The notes under the pieces: model-generated | What the model was told of the DNA's origin: nothing | Database searches by the model: none | The model's input: the letters and a program-made list of their open reading frames with translations, nothing else | Shown here: in pieces, positions 37,126 through 49,960 of the stretch | Layout: each line of letters begins with the position of its first letter | Numbering within the stretch: position 1 is the first letter of the stretch | Made by a program: the position numbers and the translations under genes | DNA from: Chiloscyllium plagiosum | Lineage: Eukaryota | Direction of reading: 5' to 3' | Assembly (NCBI RefSeq): GCF_004010195.1 | Contig: NC_057750.1 | Span: 13,585,473-13,649,472 of the forward strand | DNA: 64,000 bases

Positions 37126-38167
37126 GTGACTGCTTGACCAGCCCATTAAACTGGGACTGCCCCTTGAGGAACAACGAAACTGGACATGGATGAACTGGAG
37201 TTCAGGGGAATTGAAACGTGAGAAATTTTTTAAGGGACTTGACAGAGAGAATGTCCCTGCTGGCTGGGTTCCAGTCTCAAAACATTCAGTACTTAGACAA
37301 GGAGAGATGGTTTTACACAAGAGGATTGTGACTTCCTCTACTGCAGTGGTGTACAGGGAGGCTCATGGGGGACGGTGCAGACGATAAGCTGTGATCTTGT
37401 CGAAGGATAGATCAGGGTTGATAGGCTGAATGGGCCTTCACCAGTTGTAAATTTAACGAATGATGGAATAGAGAATCAGCCATGATTCTATTGAATGGTG
37501 AATCAGACTTGAAAGGCCTACTGATCAATCCTGCTGTTGGTTCCCCTGATAGCACAGCTTTGGCCTTCAGGACTTTGTGCCTTTTTACATCCTGACTGGG
37601 GTTTGAACTGTCTGATTTTAATGAAGGGGGAAGCGGCCCAGCTCTACCTTTGGCTGCAAATTCATCCCAGCTCCTCGCAGATGTGATTTCTCAGCACGAA
37701 ATCTCCATGAGGTAAATGCAAAAAACATCCCATCACAAAAGAAAACTCTTTAAAAATGCACGCTGACTTCCTGGCCCAGCAGAAAGCTCTGCTTTCTTCC
37801 CTACACTTCTGATCGAACAACATCTCCATTCATGACTCGGGGACTGTTATTGGGCCTCCAGCCAATGGCAGTCACTGGTGTTGGATCGACTCCCAGGGCC
37901 AGCCATTCATCTCCAGAGGTGGCTGATGGGATACTTGGCCAACATGACAATGGCAACGTCAGGCGAGTTGGGTTCAATGACCGGCTCGTGCACTCTTGGG
38001 GCACAGAGGGAGCAGGTGGGACTCAATGGGCCCTCTGTTCACCCCGGAAGGTGAATGGAAAGAGACAGGAGGGTACAAGGGAGGCAGTAGACAGCAAGTG
38101 GCTCTCCTCCCCCACCTCGCTACAGAGCAGCAGAACGTCAGAGCGGCTTTTTGGTAAAGATGATATT

Positions 38168-38490
38168 AGGCGAAACTGGGTACTGCAGATGCTGGAGATT
38201 AGAGTCAAGATTAGAGTGGTGCTGGAAAAGCACAACAGGTCAGGCAGCATCCGAGGAGCAGGAAAATTGAAGTTTCGGGAAAAAGACCTTCATCAGGAGT
38301 GAGGCTGGGAACTTCAGGGGTGAAGAGATATCCAGGCGTCAGGTGGTGAGGGAGCGGCGATGGAGGAGGCCCAGGACCTGCATGTCCTCGGCAGAGCGGG
38401 AGGGGGAGTTGAATTATTCGGCTACGGGGCGGTGGGGTTGATTGGTGCGGGTGTCCCAGAGATGTTCCCTAAAGTGCTCTGCGAGAAGGC
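38168..38490 (-). mobile_element. Penelope fragment: decayed GIY-YIG endonuclease coding segment joined to the family A terminal repeat
   Basis: 38490-38329 translates to LLAEHFREHLWDTRTNQPHRPVAE*FNSPSRSAEDMQVLGLLHRRSLTT*RLD, resembling the C-terminal half of Penelope GIY-YIG domains. Confidence 0.7.
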
Positions 38491-38948
38491 ATTAGCTCAG
38501 GAGAATGTGGAGCTTGCTAAAAACATGGGGCAAGCATTGATGGGCTGAAGATCATTTAATAGATAGGTTCCAAAAGGAGCAATGAATGGAGGGATGACTG
38601 GGGGAGACTTGAGATGTAGAGAGGGTGACTCTTCATTTCAGTGCAACTGATTACTGTGATCTCACCTGAAAGGGTGGAGGGAGCAGATCCAACTTTCAAA
38701 AGCCAAGACCCCTCGAAGGGGGCAAAGATGCAACGACATGGGCAGGGTGGGGGGCAGAGCAGTGGAGACGAATTGGATTGCTCTTCCCAAGAGCTAGCAC
38801 GAGCGCGATGGACCGAATGGTCTGCAAGACGTTAGCGTACAGCACCGGTCGGTCAGGCCGAACGGCCTGTGTCTGAGTTTCAGGGGTGCTGTGTCCCAGT
38901 GCCGGCTGGGATATAAAGCTTGAAACTGCAGTGAGCAGCACTGCACGT

Positions 38949-39227
38949 GGGTGGCACAGTGGTTAGCACTGCTGCCTCACAGCGCCAGAGACCTGGGTTC
39001 AATTCCCGCCTCGGGCGACTGTCTGTGTGGAGTTTGCACATTCTCCCCGTGTCTGTGTGGGTTTCCTCCCACAGTCCAAAGAGGTGCAGGTTAGGTGAAT
39101 TGGCCATGCTAAATTGCCCGTGGTGTTAGGTGTAGGGGAATGGATCTGGGTGGGTTGCTCTTTGGAGGATCGGTGTCGACTTGTTGGGCTGAATGGCCTG
39201 TTTCCACACTGTGAGTAATCTAATCTA
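38949..39227 (+). mobile_element. HE1-like SINE
   Basis: A/B boxes, central domain, tail. Confidence 0.82.
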
Positions 39228-39414
39228 AACCCAAATCTTCCTGTTTGTTTACTGAGGTGATTCCAGACTGAGAGAGAATAGGAAACGATCTATCAGCTGA
39301 TCGGGCGACATCACACATCAGCTCGAGAGAAAAGAAACTGCAGTTCCACACCCTGCTTTAGTTTCACGGGATACCTTTGAAGCTCAGGTGTACGGTCACA
39401 AGGGATTTTAAACA

Positions 39415-39630
39415 AAAGAAAAACAGAAATTGCCGAAAAGCTCAGCAGGTCTGACAACATCGATGAGAGAAATCAGAGTTAACGTTTCAGGTTCCTACTG
39501 TTCTGAAGAAGGGTCACCTGACCCGAAATGTTAACCCTGATTTCTCTCCACAAACGCTACCAGACCTGCTGAGCACCTTTCTGTTACTGTTTCTGATTTC
39601 CAGCGTCTGCAGTTCTTTCGGTTTTTATTC
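39415..39630. mobile_element. Family B Penelope-derived inverted pair
   Basis: agaaatcagagttaacgtttcagg ... ccgaaatgttaaccctgatttct inverted arms around a hammerhead core. Confidence 0.65.
39500..39535 (+). ncRNA. Minimal hammerhead motif, second (B) family
   Basis: gtt-CTGAAGA-A-GGGTC acct GACCC-GAAA-T-GTT-aac. Stems differ from family A but still pair. Confidence 0.55.
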
Positions 39631-39649
39631 AGATCCTGGCTTGCAGATC

Positions 39650-40260
39650 GACAAGGCACGAGTCAGGGGGGTGAGGGAATACTCCCCACTTGCCCCTGGA
39701 TGGGGGCAGCTCCAACAACACTCAAGAAACTCGACACCATCCAGGACAAAGCAGCCCCCGCTTGATTGGCACCACACCCACAAACATCCCCTCCCTCCAC
39801 CACCTACGCTCAGTTAGCAGCAGGGTGTACCATCTACAAGATGCACTGCAGCAATTCACCAAAGATCCTCACCCCTCCCTCCCCCACCGACGCTCAGTTA
39901 GCAGCAGGGTGTACCATCTACAAGATGCACTGCAGAAATTCACCAAAGCTCCTCAGGCAGCACCTTCACAATCCCATAGCCACTTCCATCTAGAAGGGCA
40001 AGGGCAGCAGATACATGGGAACACCTACAAGATTCCCTCTGAGCCGCTCACCATCCCGCCTTGGAAATCTATCACCGTTCCTTCAGTGTCGCTGGGTCAA
40101 AGTCCTGGAATTCCTTCCCTCAGGACACTGTGGGTCTACCCACAGCACATGGACTGCAGCGGTTCAAGAAGGCAGCTCACCCCCCACCTTCTCAAGGGGC
40201 GACTAGGGACGGGCATTAAATGCTGGGCCCAGCCAGCGAGACCCATGTCCCCCAAGTGAA
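39650..40260 (+). mobile_element. Zenon-like LINE 3' fragment with an internal 84-bp duplication
   Basis: Same family as 35570-36630. Confidence 0.7.
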
Positions 40261-40876
40261 TTAGAGAAAAATCAAGTTGATAAACTGTGAACCCTGCATG
40301 CTCTAAATCGAGACAGAGGCAAAGAAGGAAGTTAGCTTTGGCACTGGGTAATGGTTAGACCTCAGCTACAGCACGAGGTCATATTCCAGGCAATGCATGT
40401 TTTGGGAGTGGGGTGGGGGGTGGAAGTTAGGATTATCAAGGGGAAACCGGGAATGGCACAGAACAAAAGTATGCCCGTCCCCTTGAGAAGGTGGGGGGGT
40501 GAGCTGCCTTCGTGAACCGCTGGAGTCCGTGTGCTGTGGGTTGACCCACAATGCCCTGAGGGAGGGAATTCTGGGATTGAATGGGGAGCCTGGGGAATCT
40601 GAGATTGTGTTTGGAGCAGAGACGGTTAAGGAAGGGAAGGTTCAGTCGAGGCATTCAACATTACGAGGGGTTTTGAGTGAGTGATAGTTTGCATTAGCAG
40701 GAGGGTCAGTAATCAGATGGCACTCACTTCAGCTTTTCGTTTATGCCCGGGAGATGGGCATTGCCGGATGGCACCAGCACTTATTGCACATCCCGAATTG
40801 CCCTAGAGAAGGCCGTAGTTTGCCTTCTTGAACTGACCAGGTTTTTGTGGAGTAGAGACAACCACAATGCTGTTAG

Positions 40877-41175
40877 GAGGTGGCTCAGTGGTTAGCACTG
40901 CTGCCTCCCAGCACCAGGGACCCGGGTTCGATTCCAACCTCGGGCAAGCGTCTGTGTGGAGTTTGCACATTCTCTGCGTGGGTTTCCTCCGGTTTCCTCC
41001 CACAATCCAAAGATGTGCAGGTTAGGGTGAATTGGCCGTGCTAAATTGCTCCATAGTGTCCAGGAATGTGTAGGTTAAAGGGTAAATGGAAAATAATAAG
41101 GTAGGGGAATGGGTCTGAGAGGGTCGGTGTGGACTTGTTGGGCCGAAGGGCCTGTTTCCACACTGTAGGGATTCT
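40877..41175 (+). mobile_element. HE1-like SINE
   Basis: A/B boxes, central domain, tail. Confidence 0.8.
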
Positions 41176-41519
41176 GAGTTCCAAGATTTGGACCTCAGTT
41201 GATTTTGTAGCAAGCCGCTGGGACTCATACATTAATGGTTAGAAGAAAATGCAGTGGTAACTTTGGGAAGGAATTTGGAAATATTCATGAGAAAGAAATG
41301 ATCCCTCTAGCTATGGGAGAAGAGTCAAAGGTCATTGAATTTAATGGGACAACACTGATTGAAGAGTCAGCCTGGTCAAAATGGGCTGAGAGGCCGTCAT
41401 CGGATGGCAATAGTTTGCCACAACAGGAAGTGAGGTCGCAAGGCAACTGAGCTGCCCTCGATAAAGGCTGCATTTCATCTCCATGGCAACAACCATCACT
41501 GGATACGTAAGCACGCAAC

Positions 41520-42290
41520 GTCAAAATGGAGGTGCAGCAGGTGGGGAAGGAGGGAAATGGTGTGTTGGCCTTCATAGCGAGAGGATTCGAATACAGGAGC
41601 AGGGTCGGGAGTCACACTGACAGGGCCTTGGTGAGACCACACCTGGAGTATTGTGTGCAGTTTGGGTCTCCTTATCTGAGGAAGAATGTTTTGGCGATAG
41701 ACGGAGAGCAGCACAGATTTCCCAGGCAGCTTCCTGGGATGGTGGCACTGACGAATGAAAAGAGACTGGATTGGGTTTTAGCACTGCTGCCGCACCGGGC
41801 CAGGGACCCCGGTTCGATTCCAGCCTCGGGCGACTGTCTGTGTGGAGTTTGCACATTCTCTGCGTGGGTTTCCTCCGGTTTCCTCCCACAGACCAAAGAT
41901 GCGCAAGTTTAGAAGTATTGAAGTGATGGGAATCTCATAGAAACCTGTCGAATTCTATCAGAGACCAGACAGGATAAACACAGCAAAGGTGTTCCCCATG
42001 ACCTGGGGAGCCCAGGACCAGCTGGATCACAGTCTAAGGATACAGGACTGAGATGAGGAGACAAGTCTTCAACCTGAGAGTGGGGGAGCCTGTGGGGTTC
42101 TCTACCACAGAAGGCAGTTGAGGCCAAAATATTGAATGTTTTTAAGAAGGAGTTATGTTGCGTTCTTAGCGCTAAAGGGGTCAAAGGGTATGGGGAGAAA
42201 GTGGGACCAACAGGGGACCTGTCGGCCATGATCATACTGAATGGGGGAGCAGGCTCGAAGGGTCGAATGGCCTCTTCCTGCTTCTATGTA
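41520..42290 (+). mobile_element. CR1 LINE fragment with nested SINE
   Basis: LAFIARGFEYRS...LVRPHLEYCVQFGSPYLRK. Confidence 0.8.
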
Positions 42291-42657
42291 AAGGATACAG
42301 GCAGCCAGCCCAGACTGTCTGGTATGGACAGGAAGAGGTTAAGGATGTTTCGCTGGCCACCAAGTGGTTTCCAGAGCAGAAGTGAAATTTTCACTTCCTT
42401 CACCCAGTGCAGTCAGTATGAAGCAAGACTCCCCATTGACCCTGCTGTTCCAGTCTCTCCAATGGCCTTACACCATCGCTCCCCCCGACCCCGCTCCTCC
42501 TCTCCCACTTTCACTTTAACCGCCTCTGACCCTCACCCCTCCCAGATCACTGTGCTCCTCCGGCATCTTCCAGTCCATTCACCCTTCCAATGGCGCCTGC
42601 GCTTTTCATAGAATCTCTACCGTGTGGAAGCAGGCCATGTAGCCCATTGAGAACGGA

Positions 42658-42796
42658 GTTGGCATGGATGGGGAGAACAGGGGGTGGCATGGGTGGGGAG
42701 AACAGGGGATGGCATGGGTAGGGAGAACGGGGGTGGCATGGGTGGGGAGAACAGGGGGTGGCATGGATGGGGAGAACAGGGGTGGCATGGATGGGG
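42658..42796. repeat. G-rich 24-25-bp minisatellite, ~5.5 copies, within a SINE tail
   Basis: ggcatggatggggagaacagggggt units at 42661, 42686, 42711, 42735, 42760, 42784. Confidence 0.9.
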
Positions 42797-43381
42797 ACTG
42801 ACCCTCCAAAAGGCATCCCACCCAGACCCACCACCTTCCCCACTCCACCCTATACCTGTAACCCTGCATTCCTCATAGTTAACCCACCAAGCCTGCACAT
42901 CCTCGGGGAGATTTAACCTAAACTCTGGAATTCCTTCTCCGAATTTCCTTATTCCTTTTCACATACTGCTTAAAACTACCTCTCCAAATATCCCTCCCAT
43001 TTGAGAACTGCTTCCTGCGTGAAGCACCTTGGGATTTTGCATTCTACTGAGGGCGCTATACTAATGCAAGTTGCTCACAAAAAGCCCGCTGTTCTCACAT
43101 GTTAAGAAAATGAATATTTCTTCTGCAGCAATAAGTTAAGGGCAATCCAAGAAGACTCTGTCACGCACTTTGGGCTGAAAGCCGATGGTGATAAGAAATA
43201 CAACACAGACCCGTCACATGTTGACCCATCGGTTTCACGATAAACCAGATCACTTCACAAGAACAGCAAAGACCTTTATGAACACTGCTGTTTCCCTTTC
43301 CAGATTTGATCAGAGGTTTGCAAGATCTTTCTGAGATAGGGACGTGCTGAGGTTCTGCAAGCAATCCATCTTGTTGTGCCT

Positions 43382-43881
43382 NNNNNNNNNNNNNNNNNNN
43401 NNNNNNNNNNNNNNNNNNNNNNNNNNNNNNNNNNNNNNNNNNNNNNNNNNNNNNNNNNNNNNNNNNNNNNNNNNNNNNNNNNNNNNNNNNNNNNNNNNNN
43501 NNNNNNNNNNNNNNNNNNNNNNNNNNNNNNNNNNNNNNNNNNNNNNNNNNNNNNNNNNNNNNNNNNNNNNNNNNNNNNNNNNNNNNNNNNNNNNNNNNNN
43601 NNNNNNNNNNNNNNNNNNNNNNNNNNNNNNNNNNNNNNNNNNNNNNNNNNNNNNNNNNNNNNNNNNNNNNNNNNNNNNNNNNNNNNNNNNNNNNNNNNNN
43701 NNNNNNNNNNNNNNNNNNNNNNNNNNNNNNNNNNNNNNNNNNNNNNNNNNNNNNNNNNNNNNNNNNNNNNNNNNNNNNNNNNNNNNNNNNNNNNNNNNNN
43801 NNNNNNNNNNNNNNNNNNNNNNNNNNNNNNNNNNNNNNNNNNNNNNNNNNNNNNNNNNNNNNNNNNNNNNNNNNNNNNNNN
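43382..43881. other. Assembly gap (500 N)
   Basis: N run. Confidence 1.
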
Positions 43882-46469
43882 ATAAGTCAAATCAAATTAT
43901 TGAGTTTGAGTTTGAACCTTCCCGTGGGGGGAGGGAGCTACGAGGGTATGCACTCCTCTGCCTGGCCGTGTCCATCACTCAGGGAAATCAGGAACGAGGG
44001 ATGGTGGGAGAGAGAGAGAGAGAGAGAGAAAAAAACAGGACAGTGCTGATGGAGATCGAGCTGCAAAATGACTAAAGTTGACTGCTTGAAGTCATAAACA
44101 TGCTGTTACCCTTCAAAGAAATGCTGAGCAATGAGGGGACTTTCCCAGAACTGTCCCTTACTGATTCCAAACTCCTTTACAGGGAAAACAAAACCTGAAG
44201 CGTTTCCAAGGCTTTTTTCTTCACTCCAGGGGACCAGACTCGACGGTGAAGGGGAACGGGGAAAGGGGTAGGTTTTGGAAGCGGAATGTGGGGAGGGAGG
44301 GCACGGGGTGGGGGATAAAGGTTGCTCTCGGGCACTGCTGGGCCTGTTTCACTGCTCGACCCTGGCTCACTTCCACAATCACTGTCGCTGACAAAGCACT
44401 GGCCCCTGCCTCCCCATCATCCACTCCTCAGCGTTCCCCGTAATCTCCAGCTCTCGGTCAGTTAGCCTTCGGATTTGGGAATATCGAAGAGCACACAGGT
44501 TCCGTTTGTGGGGAAAGTACAGTAGAAGGAGGCTCGGTGCAGTGCGAATGGCGTGGACAGGTTGGAAGGAGGAGATTGGGAGGCGCTTTGAGTCATTATG
44601 AGTCATACAGCACAGAAACAGACCCTTCGGCCCAACTCGTCCATGCCAACCAGATATCCCAATCTGATCTGGTCCCATTTGCTAGCGTTTGGCCCATATC
44701 CCTCCAAACACCTTCCTATTCATACACCCATCCAGGTGCCTTTTAAATGCTGTAATTACACGGTTGATTTTGGATATTCGCATTTGTAGGTCTGGCGATG
44801 TGACACCATTGTGGCCAACCATGAAGGATGAAAAGACGCTAACCGATTCACCCTCTTCACTTTATAACAAATTAAAATCACATTTGCTTCAGAATAAAGG
44901 GTTAGCGTCATCGAAATCCGAGCGTGAAGGCCCAGACGTTGCCAAACCCTTGGCATCTCTCCTGCTAGTCAGGCAATAGTCGAACATGGAGTCCATTTTG
45001 TTTTCTACGTTCATGGGGGATAGTTGCCACTAGCTGGACCAGCCTTTACTGCCCATCCCTAGTTGCCCCTTCAGAAGGTGATGGCGATCTTCTTGTGCAG
45101 TCCATTTGGTCCACTATACGCGGAACAGGCTCAAGCGGGCGGATAGTTCCAATTTCTACGGTTAGGGAAGTTGGGGGTGGGTTCCCAGATTTTGACCCAG
45201 CGGCAGTGAAGGAATGGCGATAGTTCAGTTTAAGGAAATTGGGTCGGCAGGGGTGGGTTGGGCCGAAGGGTCTGTTCCTGAGCCGTATGACTCAATGTCG
45301 GGTTGGAGGGGGGCTTGGAGGGGGTCTTGCCTTGGGGGGAGGGAGGGGATGGCGATCTCCATCTACCTGCTGCCTTCATCCTTCTAGCTCAGGGGGCTTC
45401 CTAAGGTGGGTGGGTGGGGTGGGGGGAAGCAGGCCTAAGAGAAGCAGATATTATCAGGAGGCAAGCCCTGAACCACTCTCAAAGTCCTCCCCAAATCTCA
45501 CCAAAGGGTCACAACCGAGACCTGAAGTGGGGGAGGCGATAAAGTTTGGGAAGCTCTGAACCCTTCCTGTTCATATACCCATCCAGATGCCTCTTAAATG
45601 TTGCAATTGTACCAGCCTCCACCACATCCTCTGGCAGCTCATTCCATACACGTACCACCCTCTGGGTGAAAACGTTGCCCCTCAGGTCCCCTTTATATCC
45701 TTCCCCTCTCACCCTATTCTCTTACGCGATCACACGCTATAAGGGAAAATAAAACATTCCAGGAGAATTCCCGAGACTTGCTACTTCCAGAAATCTCTTA
45801 CAATTATCGTTCAAACAAACGCATTGAGGTTTCATCGGGCGAGATGGAGGACTGTACAACAACAACCCGCATTTCTGCAGAGCCACTTCCTGCCGATTGT
45901 CCTGCAGGGAGCGCCATTCAGGCAACATCGACAGTGAATGGCGTGAGGAGAGGGAAGAGCAAGTTCAATCCAGTTGGTGTCCACCTCAAAGGGAGGCGGA
46001 GAGGATCGGGCAGTTGGGGGAGGTGGGCTTGGGTACCACTGACCCAGGCAACGGTGAAGATGATGGTGACCTGGGATGTTCGAGTGGCCAAAACATGGAG
46101 GAGTGCGGAGATCCCGGAGGGGCACGGCTCCTGAGGGGATAGGTAGGGGCTGAGGTCCAGGCAAGGATTTGTAAGCAGGGACAAGGATTTGGAAATCAAA
46201 GTGTTTCTGGGCTAGGGTGAATACAGAGATAAACGGAATTTTGTGTAGGTTAGGTTGTGGGTTTCAGTGTTTTAGATAGGCCGGGGGCAGCCAATGGAGG
46301 ACAGTGGCGTACTAACATGGAGGACACTATGTTGGCAATGGGGGGGGCGGGGGGCGGGGGGTCAGTACCTCTAGCAGAATGTGAAAGAATGAGGTTTGTG
46401 AATGAGAATATTCGAAGGAATCCAAATAAACAGGGTGGTGTGATGAAGAGTGTTTGAGTGGTAGTATCA

Positions 46470-46950
46470 TGGGGTTATCATTGACTGAAACTGAAATGGA
46501 CTCGCCACATAAACACAGGGGCTACAAGAGCAGGTCAGAGGCCAGGAATCCTTCAGCGAGTAACTCCCCTCCTGACTCCCCAAAGCCTGTCCACCATCTA
46601 CAAGGCACGAGTCAGGAGTGTGAGGGAATACTCCCCACTTGCCCCTGGATGGGGGCAGCTCCAACAACACTCAAGGAGCTCGACACCATCCAGGACAAAG
46701 CAGCCCCCCGCTTGGTTGGCACCACACCCACAAACGTCCCCTCCCTCCACCACCGACGCTCAGTAGCAGCAGGGTGTACCATCTACAAGATGCACTGCAG
46801 CAATTCACTAAGGCTCCTTCACAGCACCTTCCAAACCCAAGGCCACTTCCATCTAGAAGGACAAGGGCAGCACCACCCCCTACAGGATCCCCTCTGAGAC
46901 ACTCACCATCCTGACTTGGAAATATATTGCCAATCCTTCAGTGTGGCTGA
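46470..46950 (+). mobile_element. Zenon-like LINE fragment
   Basis: Same family; uninterrupted at cttccaaacccaa. Confidence 0.7.
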
Positions 46951-47665
46951 GTTACATTAGATTCCCTAGGGTGTGGAAACAGGCCCTTCAGCCCAACCAG
47001 TCCACACTGACCCTCTGAAGAGTAACCCACCCAGACCCATTTCCCTCTGACTAATGCACCTAGCACTATGGGCAATTTAGAATGGCCTGCACCAATTCAC
47101 CTGACCTGCACTTTTTTTTTTGGACTGTGGGAGGAAACCGGAGCACCCGGAAGAAACCCACGCAGACACGGGGAGAATGTGCAAACTCCACACAGACAGT
47201 TGGCTCAGGCTGGAATCGAACCCAGGTCCCTGGTGTTTTGAAGCAAGGGTGATGTGAGGTAATGTTTTCACTCAACGTGTAGTTAGAGCGGGGAATGCAC
47301 TGCCTGGAAATGTGGTGGAGGCAGGTTCAATTGAGGCGTTTAAGCGGGACATTGGATGGTGATTTGGATAGAAACAGTGTATAGAGTGATGGAGAAAAGG
47401 CCGGGGAACGGTGTTAGGTCACAGAGTCATACAGCCTAGAGACAGGCCTTTCGGCCCACCAGTGGGTTTCCTCCGGGTGCTCCGGTTTCCTCCCACAGTC
47501 CAAAAGATGTGCAGGGTCAGGTGAATTGACCATGCTAAATTGCCCGTAGTGTTAGGTAAGGGGTAAATGTAGGGGTATGGGTGGGTTTCGCTTCGGCGGG
47601 TCGGTGTGGACTTGCTGGGCCGAAGGGCCTGTTTCCACACTGTAATGTAATCTAATCTAATCTAA

Positions 47666-49480
47666 TTTCCAGGCAGTGCATTCCCCGCTCTAACTACACG
47701 CTGCGTGAAAACATTACCTCACATCGCCCTTGCTTCCTTTACAATCATTTTAAATCTCTGACCCTCTCGTTCTTGCTTCTTTTATGAGCGGGAACAGCTA
47801 CTCTCTCTCCAGTCTGCCCGAACACCTCATGAATTTGAAAATCTCCTTGTCAGCCACCATCTCTCCAGGGGGAGAACAGTCTTCAATCTATCCTCATCCC
47901 TGAAATTCCTCATCCCTGCAATCATTCTCATAAATGTCTTTTGCACTCTCTCCAGTGCATTCATATTTATTCAATTGTGCAGTGTCCTGAACTGCACACA
48001 GTACTCCAGCTGAGATCTCGCCAATGCCTGTTCACGATCAGCACGGCCTCCCAGCTCCTCTATGTCCCAATTCATGCAGTTGGGATTGCCGTCTGCTTTA
48101 TTAATTGCCTGCTCTCATCCCTGACGCAAGTGGGTACTGCAGTCAAGATGAGAGTGGTGCTGGAAAAGCACAGCAGGTCAGGCAGCATCTGAGGAGCAGG
48201 AAAAGCAACGTTTCGGGCAAAAGCCCCTCATCAGGAACCAGTTAGAAGGAGCAGGCAAATCGACTTTTCGCACCTTCATTCCTGATGAAAAGCTTTTTGC
48301 CCGAAACGTCGATTCTCCTGCTCCTCGGATGCTGCCTGACCTGCTGTGCTTTTCCTGCACCACTCTAAGCTCTGGTCTCCTACCTGGCCTTCCAGCTACA
48401 TGGATTTACGTACATATACACCCAGGTCTCTCTACTCCAGCACAACCTCTAGAATAGTACCCGTAACAATATATCGTCTCTTCATGGGCTTTGTGTTGAA
48501 ATGGATCACCGCTCACTTCTCAGAGAGGAATCTCACCTGCCCCCCCAAATGCCCACTCCACCAACTTGTTCGTGTCCTTTGGACGTTCTTCCTCACAGTT
48601 TACAGTTCTTCCAAAGTTTAGTCTCTTCGACAAACTTTGGAATTGTCCCCTGCACACCAAGGTCTAGATTATTAAATGTACGCCAGGTAAAGCGAGGGTC
48701 CCAATACTGTGCCCTGGAGAACTCCATTACAAACCCTCCTCCAGCCTCAAAAATACCCACTGACCATGGCCCCACGTTTCCCATCACTCAGCTAGTTGCT
48801 AATGTCCCGACCATTCTATGACTAATAACGTCCCTATCAAGTCTTTATTAAAGCCTTTGGAAGTCCATGTACAACTCATCAGCACCGCTGACCTCATCAA
48901 CTCTCTCTGCATTACCTCACCAAAACAAAACCCAACAAACTAGATAGACACGATTTTTCCTTAAAAAATCCATGCTGACTCTCCTTAGTTTTGCTCTGTG
49001 GCTATTAATTCAATCCTGAATTAGTGTTTCTAAAAGTTTCCCTGCAACTGAAGCTAGACTGATTGGTCTGTAATCACTGGGCAGATCTTTAAAACCCACT
49101 TACTTATAAAGGCATAACGTTTCAAACTCTCCAAACTTCCAGCACCACTTGTGAGTCCAAGGAGGAGTGAAAGATGGCTGTCAGTGATTCTGCTAATTTC
49201 CACTCACGCTCCGGGACATTTGATACAACATACCTCGTCCTTACCAACTGTAAATCCAATATTAAACCCTTCTCAATATTAAACTCTTCTAGTGACTGAG
49301 CTTCCTTCTCTTCTGGGCAGCATCTGTCTCAGACAGAAAGACAGGTATAAAGTATTCATTGAAGACCTTAATCATGTATCTCATCTCGACTTACAAACTC
49401 TACTGGCCCCTAAACAGACCTAGCCTTCCCATCACTACCCTCTTACTATTAATGTGCTTATAGAAGACTTTGGGATTCCC
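47666..49480 (-). mobile_element. Old CR1-like LINE fragment
   Basis: Decayed RT motifs (aaagcctttggaagtccatgtac, cccaatactgtgccctgg, cacacagtactccagctg). Confidence 0.65.
48128..48380. mobile_element. Family A inverted pair inside an old CR1
   Basis: Opposite-orientation copies, each with a CTGATGA...GAAACG core, plus a partial third copy between them. Confidence 0.7.
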
Positions 49481-49649
49481 TTTGTCTTAATTTCCAGTGT
49501 TTTCCCATACTCCCTTCTCTTGCAGCTCACTCACTGTTCCCCCCCCCCGGCAATTTTCAGCTGCAGAACCAGCCTCCTGTTTGGAATATCCATTCCACTG
49601 CCACTGGGTCGGCTACCTTGATGCTAACCCTCTGGCTCCCAGCTGTAAG

Positions 49650-49960
49650 CATGACTGTCACGTCTGGGACGGGGGTTCAAAGGTCGTGACCTAAATCAGA
49701 GCACGACATCTAGGCCGGCACACCTGCAAGTTGGTACTGCTGAGGGTGCCATGAAGATGTCAAGCTGGCGTCTCAAGTGGAGGTGAAAGGTCATGTGGCA
49801 CTATTTGGGCATTGCTGGGAGTAGTTACCAGCAATGGTGCCATTTTTGGGAGCTTGCTGTGTACGATTCAGTCTCTCCCACTCGACTTCAGAGGTAACCC
49901 ATTGGCAGTGAAGCACTTTGGGGAGGTCGGGGCGGGTGCTATTTAAATGCAGATTTCTTT
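49650..49960 (+). mobile_element. Ancient Deu-domain SINE remnant (SacSINE1/AmnSINE1-like); others near 17800-17980, 26520-26600, 57680-57900
   Basis: gtggaggtgaaaggtcatgtggcactattt...gggagcttgctgtg...gtgaagcactttggg...gtgctatttaaatgcag, recognised from memory. Confidence 0.5.

Noticed and set aside
37801..38160. ORFs in non-repeat-looking sequence (37832+, 38004-)
   Set aside because: No recognisable homology or paired splice signals.
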